Source: Oscillospiraceae bacterium
Lineage (GTDB): Bacteria > Bacillota > Clostridia > UBA1381 > UMGS1253
Length of the DNA stretch: 64,000 bases
Direction of reading: 5' to 3'
Assembly (NCBI GenBank): GCA_015068725.1
Contig: SVKA01000002.1
Span: 51,207-115,206 of the forward strand
The notes under the pieces were generated by a model that saw only the letters and a program-made list of their open reading frames with translations, did not search any database and was not told the origin of the DNA. This document shows positions 1 through 9,746 of the stretch, piece after piece. The first letter of the stretch is position 1; every line of letters starts with the position of its first letter. The translations under genes and the position numbers were made by a program.

Positions 1-234
1 TGTAATTTTACCCATAATTCCGCCGATAGTTGTAACAACATCACCAACACCCAAAGCAGCAATCATCTCTTTTGTCTGCTTTTCCTTTTTCTTCTGAGGA
101 CGAATGAGCAAAAAATACATAATCGCAAACATAATAACAAGCATCAAAATGCTCGACATACCTGCAGCTCCGCCGCCCTGAACCGCTGCACCTTCTGCAG
201 CCTGTGCAATAATACCAAACATAACATTCTCCAT
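1..234 (-). CDS. yajC: Preprotein translocase subunit YajC (partial; 3' end runs off the window edge)
   Basis: This frame is absent from the ORF track because it has no stop in the window. Minus-strand translation from ATG at 232-234 gives MENVMFGIIAQAAEGAAVQGGGAAGMSSILMLVIMFAIMYFLLIRPQKKKEKQTKEMIAALGVGDVVTTIGGIMGKIT. That is the YajC pattern: one TM helix, then LIRPQKK, then GD-V-T-GGI-G. The listed 41..256 ORF is a different, implausible Cys/Arg-rich frame. Confidence 0.8.
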   Translation of the reverse strand, partial: MENVMFGIIAQAAEGAAVQGGGAAGMSSILMLVIMFAIMYFLLIRPQKKKEKQTKEMIAALGVGDVVTTIGGIMGKIT

Positions 235-371
235 TCCGCCGCTCTACACGGCACATATTTAATATGATAAGTATTATACCCTATTTTTCCTGTTTTTGCA
301 AGTATAATTTATAAAATTTACAATATCGCAAAAAAAGACATAAAAACACTTATTATTTGTTCTCATTTTCA

Positions 372-400
372 TTGACACACCTTGCAGATTATGATAAAAT
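372..400 (+). promoter_or_regulatory. Sigma-A type promoter for the 425..2017 gene
   Basis: TTGACA (372-377), 17-nt spacer, TAAAAT (395-400), preceded by TG at the extended -10 position (TGATAAAAT). GAGGAGG RBS at 411-417, 7 nt before the TTG start at 425. Confidence 0.6.
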
Positions 401-424
401 TAATGAAAATGAGGAGGTTGTGAA

Positions 425-2017
425 TTGAAGAGTTTATGGCGCACAATTATAATGTCCGTTATCGCATGTCTGTTGTCGTGTAATATTGCATTTGCGGTCA
501 ATTATACATACTTTGATATTATAGAAACAAACTACCCTTCGGACAGTATCGTTTCCGATACGGTTAGCTATGTAAACAAGGTATATTATATGAGCGGTTC
601 TGACGGCTTGTTCTATTCTCACGATGCAAAATCATGGCATTTTATAGATGGCTCGCGCGGCGCGCGTATCATTTCGGACAAAAAAGCTTCTTCCGATTTT
701 CTAATCGTTTTTTACGAAGGATACCTTGTCAAATCATATGATGGTGCAAATTTTGAATTACTTTATAAGTTTGCTCCCGATACCGTAATACATTTTCAAA
801 GTGGAATATATACCGCATACGAAAAAGCAAACAAAAATGACAAAGGTGCAAATGTGTATTGCTCGCTTGATGCAAAAAACTGGACAAATCTTACCGATTA
901 CAAGGTTTTGGACGGACAATTTACTATTGACCAATACAACAACATGTATATTGTAAATGGTCTTAACACTGAAAACGGCATTAAATCCGCAATACTCACA
1001 CCTGATTCTGATACATATCTTTTGCCATACGATTACGTTTCGTATGACGTCGCAAAAAAAATATATACAGCAATAAAAAGCGAAAATAACGAAATAAAGC
1101 TATATTACTCATATTTGCCGGATAGAGATTATATCGCATTATCCCTTCCTAATGCAAAACCGACACTTGCATCATATTACAACGGCAGTTTTTATATTGC
1201 TACTGTATATGACGACAACTTTTTTGACGTGTATAAATGTGAAGATACACTAAACTGGGAATTTTCGGACACGTTTTATATGCCACTGTATAAAACAACT
1301 GATACAGATAAAAATTTAATCGAAACATATCTGTGGCACAATTGTTCAATTAATACAGTAGGTGTATCAATTTTAAAAACGGATAAAACCAACACAACGC
1401 AAAATTCAAGCGTTATTTTATCAGATGGATTAAAGCTTAATATATACGGCTCTGTTTTTGGGATTGCATCTGATAAAAGACCTGTGAATCTTATCAGCAC
1501 AGATGCAATAAACTGGCATCAGGCAGACAACGCTACTGCGTTTTCTATTTTAAACAATTATTCTCTCAGGGGCGGTTTTATGTTTGTTGACAGAACAAAC
1601 AACCATACCGTTCTTTCACCAAAAGGCAACCCCGAAGAAAACCTTGAAAATAAAGGCATCGAGGTCAGAGTAGACGGCCACTACATCGCGTTCGACAGCG
1701 AACCGACAATAATAAACGACCGCACACTTGTGCCTATACGTGCAATCGCAGAGGCGCTTGGCGCAACCGTTGGCTTTGACGATGCAACAAAAACTATAAC
1801 CATATCAAAAAACGGCAATACAATAACAATGACAGTCGGCGCCGACAGCGCACACATTACATATTATGACGGAGCCGAATATGATGCTACTCTCGATTGC
1901 CCCTCAATGATAATAAACGACCGCACACTCGTGCCTGTTCGTTTTATCAGTGAAGCATTTAATAAAACAGTAGAGTGGCAGGCAGATACAAAAACAGTCT
2001 GGATAACAAGTAAATAA
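425..2017 (+). CDS. Secreted BNR/Asp-box repeat (beta-propeller-like) protein with C-terminal copper-amine-oxidase-N-terminal-like domains
   Basis: N-terminal signal peptide (IIMSVIACLLSCNIAFA). At least five S-x-D-x-x-x-W/F Asp-box motifs (SHDAKSW, SYDGANF, SLDAKNW, CEDTLNW, STDAINW). The C-terminus has two IINDRTLVP(I/V)R..I(A/S)EA.. repeats typical of the Cu_amine_oxidN1 stalk domain. Confidence 0.6.
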   Translation: MKSLWRTIIMSVIACLLSCNIAFAVNYTYFDIIETNYPSDSIVSDTVSYVNKVYYMSGSDGLFYSHDAKSWHFIDGSRGARIISDKKASSDFLIVFYEGYLVKSYDGANFELLYKFAPDTVIHFQSGIYTAYEKANKNDKGANVYCSLDAKNWTNLTDYKVLDGQFTIDQYNNMYIVNGLNTENGIKSAILTPDSDTYLLPYDYVSYDVAKKIYTAIKSENNEIKLYYSYLPDRDYIALSLPNAKPTLASYYNGSFYIATVYDDNFFDVYKCEDTLNWEFSDTFYMPLYKTTDTDKNLIETYLWHNCSINTVGVSILKTDKTNTTQNSSVILSDGLKLNIYGSVFGIASDKRPVNLISTDAINWHQADNATAFSILNNYSLRGGFMFVDRTNNHTVLSPKGNPEENLENKGIEVRVDGHYIAFDSEPTIINDRTLVPIRAIAEALGATVGFDDATKTITISKNGNTITMTVGADSAHITYYDGAEYDATLDCPSMIINDRTLVPVRFISEAFNKTVEWQADTKTVWITSK

Positions 2018-2058
2018 TCAAAGCAGCGCTTTGATAAATATAAAGGAGTGACATAGTC

Positions 2059-3087
2059 ATGGATATTTTAGTAACAATGCCCACAAAAAGCGCACATTTC
2101 CCCACATTCTTTTACCCGGAAACAATCGAAAGAATGAAGAAAATGGGAAACGTTGTCTTCAACGAAAGCGACAAACAGTTTACACACGAAGAGCTTTGTG
2201 AACACATCAAAGGCAAAGACGTAGTTATGACAGGATGGGGTTCACCTTGCGTAGACGAGGACGTTCTCAAGCATGCCGACAAATTAAAGTACTTTGCGCA
2301 CACCGCAGGCTCAGTAACGAACTTCCTTTGTGAAGAGGTTTACAATCGCGGTATAAAGGTGCTTGGTGGCAACGAATTCTTTGCAGAATCAGTTGCAGAA
2401 TCATGCCTTGCATATATGCTTTCATCGCTTCGTATGATTCCGTTCCACGCTCACAATGTTTCGTATAACAGAGGCTGGCGCGATCCTAGCGAAACACGTT
2501 CAGAAGGTCTTTATGATAAGACGGTCGGAATTGTAAGCTTTGGTGCAATTTCAAGATATCTTATAAAGCTTTTAAAACCGTTCCACGTTAAAATCAAGCT
2601 TTATTCAAGAAAAGCACTTCCCCAGGATTATCTTGATGAAAATAACATCGAGCAGGTTTCACTTGAAGATGTATTCAGACTCAGTGATATCGTTTCAATC
2701 CAGACAGCACAAAATCCTCAGACAGTTGGTATGATTAAGGCTGAGCACTTTGCTCTTATGAAGGATGACGCGCTCTTTATAAATACAGCAAGAGGTTCTG
2801 TTGTTGACGAAGAGGCTCTTCTAAACGAAATCAAAAAAGATCGTTTGTACTTCGTTCTTGACGTATTTCACGAAGAACCCCCTATAAGCGATATATACTA
2901 CGGCCGTAAAAGAGTTATTATGCAGCCTCATAAAGGTGGACCGACAGTAGACCGTCGCCACTATATTACAGAAGCACTTCTTACAGATATCGAAAATGAT
3001 ATGGCAGGCAAGCCCACATGGCTTGACATCCCGTGGGAAGTAGCTAAAAATATGACAAATAACGACGTTGGAAAGAAGAAGAAATAA
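2059..3087 (+). CDS. D-isomer-specific 2-hydroxyacid dehydrogenase family protein (NAD-binding)
   Basis: AAGGAG RBS. Rossmann segment GIVSFGAISRYL, NTARGSVVDEEAL and a QPHKGG catalytic-His region, all typical of the family. Confidence 0.85.
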   Translation: MDILVTMPTKSAHFPTFFYPETIERMKKMGNVVFNESDKQFTHEELCEHIKGKDVVMTGWGSPCVDEDVLKHADKLKYFAHTAGSVTNFLCEEVYNRGIKVLGGNEFFAESVAESCLAYMLSSLRMIPFHAHNVSYNRGWRDPSETRSEGLYDKTVGIVSFGAISRYLIKLLKPFHVKIKLYSRKALPQDYLDENNIEQVSLEDVFRLSDIVSIQTAQNPQTVGMIKAEHFALMKDDALFINTARGSVVDEEALLNEIKKDRLYFVLDVFHEEPPISDIYYGRKRVIMQPHKGGPTVDRRHYITEALLTDIENDMAGKPTWLDIPWEVAKNMTNNDVGKKKK

Positions 3088-3101
3088 TACATACTAAAAT
3101 T

Positions 3102-3136
3102 ATACCCCCAAAGAGCCAAACACTCTTTGGGGGTAT
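3102..3136. terminator. Bidirectional intrinsic terminator hairpin between convergent genes
   Basis: 14-bp perfect stem ATACCCCCAAAGAG / CTCTTTGGGGGTAT with a 7-nt loop, between the stops at 3087 (+) and 3154 (-). Confidence 0.6.
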
Positions 3137-3153
3137 CTTATGTATTGATTATA

Positions 3154-4011
3154 TTAAAGTTTTCCTGTCTCTCTTTTTATATCACGCAGTATATCATATT
3201 CAATATATCTTCCGTCGCTAACTTGCCCAATACGAGCATCAGTCCTATTAATGCCGTGAAAATCCGAGCCGCCGCTGATTAAAAGATTACGACTTTGGCA
3301 CAGACTCACACACATCTGACTAAATTCTTCCGTCTGCGCGCTATGATAACACTCTACACCGTCAAGTCCATATCCTACAAGCTCGTCTATAAGCTCACAC
3401 AACTTTTCAGACTCCTTCTCGGAATACACAGGATGCGCTAAAAACGCATATCCACCCGAGCTTTTTATAATTTCAATACATCTTTTAGGAGAAAAACGTT
3501 CTCGCGCAATATACGCAGCCGCTCCTTTTACAAGATATTTTGAAAACGCATCATCAATATCCAAAGCATATCCCTTATCCACAAGTGCGAGCGCAATATG
3601 AACACGTCCCACGTTTGACATATCCCCACTTGCGCATTTTGCCAGAACATCATCACACGCAATATCCATTCCAAGCTCATTAAGACGCAAAATCATCTGC
3701 TCATTACGCTTTGCTCTCTTATCGCAAAGCTCCTGCATCGCTCCCTGAAGCATCGCTGCATACGGGTCGATATAAAGCCCTAAAATGTGCAGTTCGTTTT
3801 CATACTCAGCACTAAACTCTATGCCATCTATAACCTCAATATCAAGACCATGTACCGCAGTTCTCGCCTCTTCAAGACCGCCGACACTGTCGTGGTCAGT
3901 TATCGCAACAGCACTAAGTCCACACTCTTCCGCATAACGCACAAGTTCCCCAGGCTCCATAGCACCATCAGACGCAGTCGTATGCGTATGCAAATCAATA
4001 AAACTCGGCAT
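3154..4011 (-). CDS. PHP-domain phosphoesterase (TrpH/YciV-like)
   Basis: N-terminal IDLHTHTTASDG metal-binding motif, ITDHD, and GGSDFHG near the C-terminus. GAGGTG RBS. Confidence 0.85.
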   Translation of the reverse strand: MPSFIDLHTHTTASDGAMEPGELVRYAEECGLSAVAITDHDSVGGLEEARTAVHGLDIEVIDGIEFSAEYENELHILGLYIDPYAAMLQGAMQELCDKRAKRNEQMILRLNELGMDIACDDVLAKCASGDMSNVGRVHIALALVDKGYALDIDDAFSKYLVKGAAAYIARERFSPKRCIEIIKSSGGYAFLAHPVYSEKESEKLCELIDELVGYGLDGVECYHSAQTEEFSQMCVSLCQSRNLLISGGSDFHGINRTDARIGQVSDGRYIEYDILRDIKRETGKL

Positions 4012-4055
4012 AAAAACACCTCATTTCGTTACAAGCAATATCTTTCGGATGAAAA

Positions 4056-4511
4056 TCACTTTCCGCCAAGAAGCTTGTTTAATTCATTTCTGAATGTATC
4101 CACATCCTGAAAGCTTCTGTAAACCGATGCAAAACGCACATATGCTACTTCATCAAGCTTTTTAAGACGCTCCATTACCATCTCGCCAATCTCTTTTGAT
4201 ACAAATTCACGTCTTAACGAATTTGACATTGCCGCCTCGATATCATCAACCAACTCCTCAAGCTTGGCAGTCGGTACAGGGCGCTTAACACAAGCGTGCA
4301 TAATGCCTCTCAAAAGCTTATGACGGTCAAAAGGCTCTCTCGAATCATCACTTTTGATAACAATAAGCGGTATTGTTTCAAGCTTTTCATATGTTGTAAA
4401 ACGTCCGCCGCACTCTATGCACTCTCTTCTGCGACGTATCGACGTTCCCTCTTCGGTAGGGCGCGAGTCTATAACCTTGCTGTCAGCAAAACCACAAAAC
4501 GGACATTTCAT
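4056..4511 (-). CDS. nrdR: Transcriptional repressor NrdR
   Basis: [42 protein letters not shown] zinc ribbon plus an ATP-cone. I moved the start to ATG 4509-4511, which has a GGAGGA RBS. The track's extra 21 N-terminal codons cover that RBS. Confidence 0.95.
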   Translation of the reverse strand: MKCPFCGFADSKVIDSRPTEEGTSIRRRRECIECGGRFTTYEKLETIPLIVIKSDDSREPFDRHKLLRGIMHACVKRPVPTAKLEELVDDIEAAMSNSLRREFVSKEIGEMVMERLKKLDEVAYVRFASVYRSFQDVDTFRNELNKLLGGK

Positions 4512-4583
4512 ATTTTTTCCTCCGTTACATAATATTAAAATACATCTTCTTAAATTATACACCAATTTTTCCACTTTTGCAAG

Positions 4584-4841
4584 CTATCTTGCAGTTTTAT
4601 TTACAAGCTGGGGCATATCCACCAAAATAATGTCATCACCTACGCGTATAATATCCTTCCACGGTATAATATAATCATCGCTTTTTGCAAAAAAGAAAAA
4701 AAATCTGCTCGGTCCCGGCACAACTATCGACTCGATATATCCATCTTCAAAATTGATTTCAACATCGCTTACAAAGCCTACTCTCATTCCTGTCGCAATA
4801 TTTATAACTTCCTTTTGTCTCAAATCTCCTGCTCTGAGCAT
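4584..4841 (-). CDS. ylmC: YlmC/YmxH family sporulation protein (PRC-barrel)
   Basis: 85 aa. LRQKEVINIATGMRVGFVSDVEINFEDGYIESIVV ... IIPWKDIIRVGDDIILV is the family pattern. GGAGG RBS. Confidence 0.8.
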   Translation of the reverse strand: MLRAGDLRQKEVINIATGMRVGFVSDVEINFEDGYIESIVVPGPSRFFFFFAKSDDYIIPWKDIIRVGDDIILVDMPQLVNKTAR

Positions 4842-4892
4842 ATTATCGCCTCCTACATATAACTATGCACTCTCTTTGCTTTTTAAGACACG

Positions 4893-4918
4893 AAAAAAGC
4901 GGACGCAAACGCGTCCGC
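4893..4918 (-). terminator. Intrinsic terminator after rpmF
   Basis: Minus strand reads GCGGACGC-GTTT-GCGTCCGC followed by TTTTTT. Confidence 0.7.
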
Positions 4919-4945
4919 CTCACTCAGGCAAATAAATAATAAGTA

Positions 4946-5125
4946 TTACTCAGCCACTTTAATAACCTCTCTGCCCTTGTAAAAGCCACAATTACCACAA
5001 ACTCTGTGCGGCATTGTCAACTCTTGACAATTAGGACATTTTACAAGGTTTGGAGCTTCAAGCTTCCAATTAGCTCTTCTTTTATCTCTTCTTGCCTTAG
5101 ATACTTTTCCCTTTGGTACTGCCAT
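4946..5125 (-). CDS. rpmF: 50S ribosomal protein L32
   Basis: [22 protein letters not shown]...CPNCQE...[12 protein letters not shown]. Start set at the MAVPK ATG (5123-5125). Confidence 0.95.
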   Translation of the reverse strand: MAVPKGKVSKARRDKRRANWKLEAPNLVKCPNCQELTMPHRVCGNCGFYKGREVIKVAE

Positions 5126-5161
5126 GAGATACACCTCCTATTATATTAAACAATTTATTTA

Positions 5162-5668
5162 TCATAATAATTTTGATAACGCTTCAAACCGAGGGTCAAT
5201 AACATCGCTCTTACAATCGCAAGCTTCAACATTCAAATTCTTGCCACACACAGGACACAAGCCCTTGCAATCCTCGGAGCACAAATACCTCACATCCATG
5301 CTCACCAATATGGCATTTAACACGATTTCATCAAGCGGCAACGAATAGCCTGAAAAAACAATAACATCACCATCACTGTCATTATCAAGCGCCTCTTCAC
5401 CCTCCTGCAAGAGTGTTTCACGCACATCTACACAAAGCTCTCTTTCGACACCTTCAAGGCAGCGCGCACACTGTGTAAATATCTTACAAGATACCTTCAT
5501 ATCAAGCTCAAGCACACCGCTTACATTCCTTATGCAGCCATCTGTCAATACGCCTTCATCAAAACGTACCCCAAGCCCCATATACTTTACAGGCTCAAGA
5601 GAAAGCCTCTCACTAAAGCATTTTTCGCTTCCGTCATTTTTTAAAATATCAGTTAAATTCAGTTCCAT
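5162..5668 (-). CDS. yceD: YceD/DUF177 family protein
   Basis: Conserved position immediately upstream of rpmF. Acidic ~170 aa protein with a C-terminal CxxC...CxC cluster (CKGLCPVCGKNLNVEACDC). Start at the ATG 5 nt after GAGGTG. Confidence 0.8.
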   Translation of the reverse strand: MELNLTDILKNDGSEKCFSERLSLEPVKYMGLGVRFDEGVLTDGCIRNVSGVLELDMKVSCKIFTQCARCLEGVERELCVDVRETLLQEGEEALDNDSDGDVIVFSGYSLPLDEIVLNAILVSMDVRYLCSEDCKGLCPVCGKNLNVEACDCKSDVIDPRFEALSKLL

Positions 5669-5697
5669 ATACACACCTCATAAAAACCGCAATTAAT

Positions 5698-5726
5698 ATT
5701 ATACTTATTTTTTTCGACAATGTCAA
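5698..5726 (-). promoter_or_regulatory. Consensus sigma-A promoter for yceD-rpmF
   Basis: Minus strand: TTGACA, 17 nt, TATAAT. On the plus strand these read TGTCAA at 5721-5726 and ATTATA at 5698-5703. Confidence 0.6.
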
Positions 5727-5790
5727 GTTTTTTATGAATTTTTTTATATTTTCATTCATATAAATATCGATATTAAAAAATCAGGGCATT

Positions 5791-6138
5791 TTACTGTGCA
5801 ATATTTTCTGTTTGGTTTGACACTTCCTCGCTTCCATCTGCCTTTAAGGCTTGCTCTTTTGCCGCCAAATCAAGTTCGAGCTGTCTTTTTTGTTCTTCGA
5901 GCCGCACAACCTTTTCTCTAAGCTCATTAATCTCATAATCTTTTTGTTCAAGCTCGATTTTCAGCATTGTAACATCCTTTGCGGTGTTTTCATAACCCAC
6001 ACCATCAGAAAAAGTAAATGCGCACCACACAATGAATATAACCAAAAGCGCTATAACTGCTCCGAGTACAATACTGACAGTTTTTGTATTATTCTTTTTT
6101 TCACGACTCACGTTATTATAAATGCTTTTCTTTGCCAT
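5791..6138 (-). CDS. Small bitopic membrane protein with an extracytoplasmic coiled coil (DivIC/FtsB-like architecture)
   Basis: 115 aa with a GGAGGAG RBS. Basic N-terminus, one TM helix (VSIVLGAVIALLVIFIVWCAF), then heptad-like LKIELEQKDYEINELREKVVRLEEQKRQLELDL. I recognise no specific family. Confidence 0.6.
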   Translation of the reverse strand: MAKKSIYNNVSREKKNNTKTVSIVLGAVIALLVIFIVWCAFTFSDGVGYENTAKDVTMLKIELEQKDYEINELREKVVRLEEQKRQLELDLAAKEQALKADGSEEVSNQTENIAQ

Positions 6139-6160
6139 CTATACTCCTCCCCGGCGCCCT

Positions 6161-9100
6161 TTATTTATATTTTATCACATTTTCACATGAAAATAAATAC
6201 AAATTTTTCTCCTTTACGCATTTGCCCGTAATTTTTTCAAGCGCCTGCGCATAAAGGTCAAGCTGCAGCTCATATTTATCCTTAATTCTTTTTACATCTT
6301 CATCAGCTTGCACAAAATCAGTTTTATAATCAACCAATACGATTTTGTCGCCCTCATAAAAATAGCAATCTATAATTCCCTGAAGCAAAATCATCTCGCC
6401 GCACGCATAAGCGCCCGCAATTTTATCTGCCCCGATTTCAATCTCAAACGGAGCCTCACGCACCACGCACTCGCTTGAAAGCATTCTTTTTCCAAGCTCA
6501 CCCTTAAAAAAGCCTGCTATCTTTTTGCACGATATGCTTTGCGCCTGTTTTTTATCAATTATACCTCTTTCTGTCATATCATCAAGCTGCTTTTTAACAC
6601 CATTCTCATCAAGCACACCCGACAAATCAAGATTTTGCATCACAAAATGCATCGCACTGCCCTTTTGCGCCCCGCTAAGCTTTGAAGCCTCTTTCATAAA
6701 CAAAGGCATATCCGTCATCTGCTCACCATCAAGACGCACGCTTTGCAAATCGGCATCATTGTTTATAGCCCTCTTCATCTCCGTTACCGACACCTTTGTC
6801 GCAAGCTCCTGTGCATATTTGTGTGGATACTCATATCCAAGCTTTTTTTCTATCAGCTCTGACATTTCGTCATTATGCACACATAAAGCCTCATTTTCTT
6901 TTTTATCAGCCTCTGTGTTTAAAAATTCGGAAGAATTAAAGAACTTAATATCAGGGCACACACCTTCACACGATATATATTCGCCCGCATACTCTCTTAA
7001 TGCATCACAACGCATCATCGCGCCCATAACCCAGTCCGAAAGCCCCGATGCCGACGAGGTATAATAAAGCGGCAACGCGTCTTTTAATGTACCTCTCGCA
7101 CCCGAAAGCCACTTTTTCTTTTTGTTTTCTCTCACGCCCGGCGCAAGCGTCAAAATAAGCTTATCGCGCGCACGTGTAAGCGCAACGTATAAAACTCTCA
7201 GCTCCTCGCTCAAAAGCTCACAACGAAGCTTTTCCTTTATCGCGCGCTTTATAAACGAAGGGTATTTATATCTGTTTTTAATATCAATAAGGTCAACGCC
7301 AATGCCAAGCTCACCATGCACAAGCACAGCATTTGATAAATCGCGCGTATTAAACCTTTTGGCAAGACGGCTTACAAATACAACTCCAAATTCAAGTCCC
7401 TTGCTTTTATGTATACTCATAATGCGCACTACGTCCTGATTTTCGCCAAGAGTTTTTGCCGCACCAAAATCACGGCTCGCACCCTTGACACGCTCGGCAT
7501 AGCTCACAAAATTGAAAAGCCCCTTAAAGCTTGTTTTTTCATAACCTCTTGCATATTCTATAAGCAAATCCAGGTTCGCACGCTTTTGCTCGCCTGACGA
7601 TAGCGCCCCTGCAAATTCATAGTAGAGCGTATCTTCGTACAAGTACGATATAAGCTCATGCACGCTCATATATAATGAACGCTTCCGCCAGTCCTCAAGC
7701 CTTTTTATAAATGCAGCGCATTTTTTTCCAAGCGGCGTATCATTACGCGCGCAGCTGCAGAGCGCCCCGTATATATCCGACTCATTATCACAAAGCCTTA
7801 TATCCATAAGCTCAGTATCATCAAAATTCCCGATAACAGAACGCATAACCGAAAGCAGCTTTATGTCCTGCAAGGGATTGTCAATAACGGATAATAAACA
7901 GAGCATAAGCTCTACCTCTTCGCTCATAAAATATCCGCCGCCAACATCTGAAAACGTCGGTATGCCAAAGCTTGTAAGCACCTGCGAAAAAATCTCGGCA
8001 TCAACGCTTGGCGAACGCATCAAAATAACGATATCCTTGTATTTTACAGGTCTTAACCCTTCTTTTTTATCAAATACACAAAAGCCCTCGCTTTTTAGCT
8101 GCAAAATTCTCTTTGCAACGCGCACTGCCTCTGCCTCGGCGCCAAAAACGTTCTCATTTTCCTCGCCCTCATCTGCGTTATTATCCTCTATAAGATGTAC
8201 TTCCACAGACGTATCATTATCGCCCGTATCGGCAAAATCCGCACCAAAATTGAGCATTTCTGTCACATCATAATCAAGCTCACCCACAACCTCGGACGCA
8301 TTTTGCGACATAATAAAATTGACAAAATCAATAATGTTTTTCTGGCTCCGGAAATTTTTTGACATTATGACTCTCTGGTTTATACCCTCATCATCGTTAT
8401 ACGTATCCTTTTTGCGTTTAAAAAGGAGCGGATTTGTGTGTCTGAAACGATAGATGCTCTGTTTTAAGTCGCCCACCATAAAGATATTATCCTCGCGTGA
8501 TATACGAGAAAAAATCGTTTCCTGAAGCTCGTTCGAGTCCTGATATTCGTCTATCAGTATCATCTCATATTTGTCTTTAAGCTCACACGCTACCTCGCTT
8601 GGTACGACATTTCCATCTTCACCTACACTCGTAAGTGCTTTGAGTGCCAGATGCTCAATATCAGCAAAATCGAGCAAACCACGCTTATTTTTTATTTCAA
8701 AAAATCTTTCTTCAATACGCCGGGCAATATCACAAAGAGCCGAAACCTGCGCACTTGTATATAAAATTTCTTCGCAAATTTCCTCTTCGCTCGCATAGTA
8801 AAACTCGCTTGCAAGCTTTCCCATTTGATTTTTTATGTACGCCCGATTTTCTGCCACAGGCTCTTTTACCTCATCAGGAGTTTTGGGCTTTGCCCTTCCT
8901 CCCGACGCATTTTTATACTCCCGCACCTTTTTTGCCACATCATCAAAGCTGCCGCATTCCAGTATATTTTTAATCTCTTTAAGAGCGGCAATATCAATCC
9001 CGAGTGGCACGGTGTAGCTTCCCATTTCGTCAATCTGCACAGCATAATCGTGCGCCTGCACAGCACACTGTATACAACCATCAAGCGTTATTTTTGTATT

Positions 9101-9742
9101 GCTTTTTATAACCTCGCCCCACGGCGTATCAAAAATATTTCCGCTAAAACTGGTATATATCTCCTTACACCTTTCAAGCCACGCCTTATAGTCGGGAATT
9201 GTCCTTGCAAAGCTATGAAGCGCCAACAAAACCTCTTCAAGTGATTCATCGCCCCGCTGAGTCGCATAACAGTCAAGAAGGTTATAAAACGCATCATCAT
9301 TTTCTTCGTACAGTTCATCGAAAACCTCACCAACCGCCTGCATACGCAAAAGCTCCGACTCATTTGCATCTGCTATTTTAAAGTCAGGGTCTATATCGAG
9401 AAGATGAAACGACGAACGTACTATTTTCATACAAAAAGAGTCAATCGTGCATATATCGGCAAGTGATAAAAGCATAAGCTGGCGCGACAAATGCACTTTT
9501 GACGGATTATTCATAAGTCGCTTTTTTATCTCATCGCCGATTTCTGCCTTCATTTTTTTTGCCGCCGCATCGGTAAAGGTTGTTACCAACAACGAATCAA
9601 CGTCTACTCCACCTTCGATAAGGTTTACGATTTTTTCGACCAAAACCGCCGTTTTTCCCGAGCCTGCCGCAGCTGCAACAAGCAAATTGCAGCTTTTTTT
9701 ATCGATTGCCTTTTGCTGTTCACTTGTCCATTTTACCGTCAT
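6161..9742 (-). CDS. addA: ATP-dependent helicase/nuclease subunit A (AddA)
   Basis: 1193 aa. UvrD-like N-terminus with Walker A AAAGSGKT, DEYQDS motif II, and a C-terminal PD-(D/E)XK nuclease region (GIIDCYF...VDYKTD). Confidence 0.95.
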   Translation of the reverse strand: MTVKWTSEQQKAIDKKSCNLLVAAAAGSGKTAVLVEKIVNLIEGGVDVDSLLVTTFTDAAAKKMKAEIGDEIKKRLMNNPSKVHLSRQLMLLSLADICTIDSFCMKIVRSSFHLLDIDPDFKIADANESELLRMQAVGEVFDELYEENDDAFYNLLDCYATQRGDESLEEVLLALHSFARTIPDYKAWLERCKEIYTSFSGNIFDTPWGEVIKSNTKITLDGCIQCAVQAHDYAVQIDEMGSYTVPLGIDIAALKEIKNILECGSFDDVAKKVREYKNASGGRAKPKTPDEVKEPVAENRAYIKNQMGKLASEFYYASEEEICEEILYTSAQVSALCDIARRIEERFFEIKNKRGLLDFADIEHLALKALTSVGEDGNVVPSEVACELKDKYEMILIDEYQDSNELQETIFSRISREDNIFMVGDLKQSIYRFRHTNPLLFKRKKDTYNDDEGINQRVIMSKNFRSQKNIIDFVNFIMSQNASEVVGELDYDVTEMLNFGADFADTGDNDTSVEVHLIEDNNADEGEENENVFGAEAEAVRVAKRILQLKSEGFCVFDKKEGLRPVKYKDIVILMRSPSVDAEIFSQVLTSFGIPTFSDVGGGYFMSEEVELMLCLLSVIDNPLQDIKLLSVMRSVIGNFDDTELMDIRLCDNESDIYGALCSCARNDTPLGKKCAAFIKRLEDWRKRSLYMSVHELISYLYEDTLYYEFAGALSSGEQKRANLDLLIEYARGYEKTSFKGLFNFVSYAERVKGASRDFGAAKTLGENQDVVRIMSIHKSKGLEFGVVFVSRLAKRFNTRDLSNAVLVHGELGIGVDLIDIKNRYKYPSFIKRAIKEKLRCELLSEELRVLYVALTRARDKLILTLAPGVRENKKKKWLSGARGTLKDALPLYYTSSASGLSDWVMGAMMRCDALREYAGEYISCEGVCPDIKFFNSSEFLNTEADKKENEALCVHNDEMSELIEKKLGYEYPHKYAQELATKVSVTEMKRAINNDADLQSVRLDGEQMTDMPLFMKEASKLSGAQKGSAMHFVMQNLDLSGVLDENGVKKQLDDMTERGIIDKKQAQSISCKKIAGFFKGELGKRMLSSECVVREAPFEIEIGADKIAGAYACGEMILLQGIIDCYFYEGDKIVLVDYKTDFVQADEDVKRIKDKYELQLDLYAQALEKITGKCVKEKNLYLFSCENVIKYK

Positions 9743-9746
9743 CTTC

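Noticed and set aside
41-256. Track ORF of 71 aa (MCRVERRNGECYVWYYCTGCRRC...)
   Set aside because: It has an implausible Cys/Arg/Tyr-rich composition. A different frame on the same strand encodes a textbook YajC that runs off the window, so this ORF is a frame artefact.
4681-4700. A6GA8 homopolymer tract inside ylmC (encodes FFFFF) as a possible phase-variation site
   Set aside because: The encoded hydrophobic stretch sits where family members have a similar Phe/Leu/Gly-rich segment. There is no evidence of a frameshift. It is likely just AT-rich codon usage.
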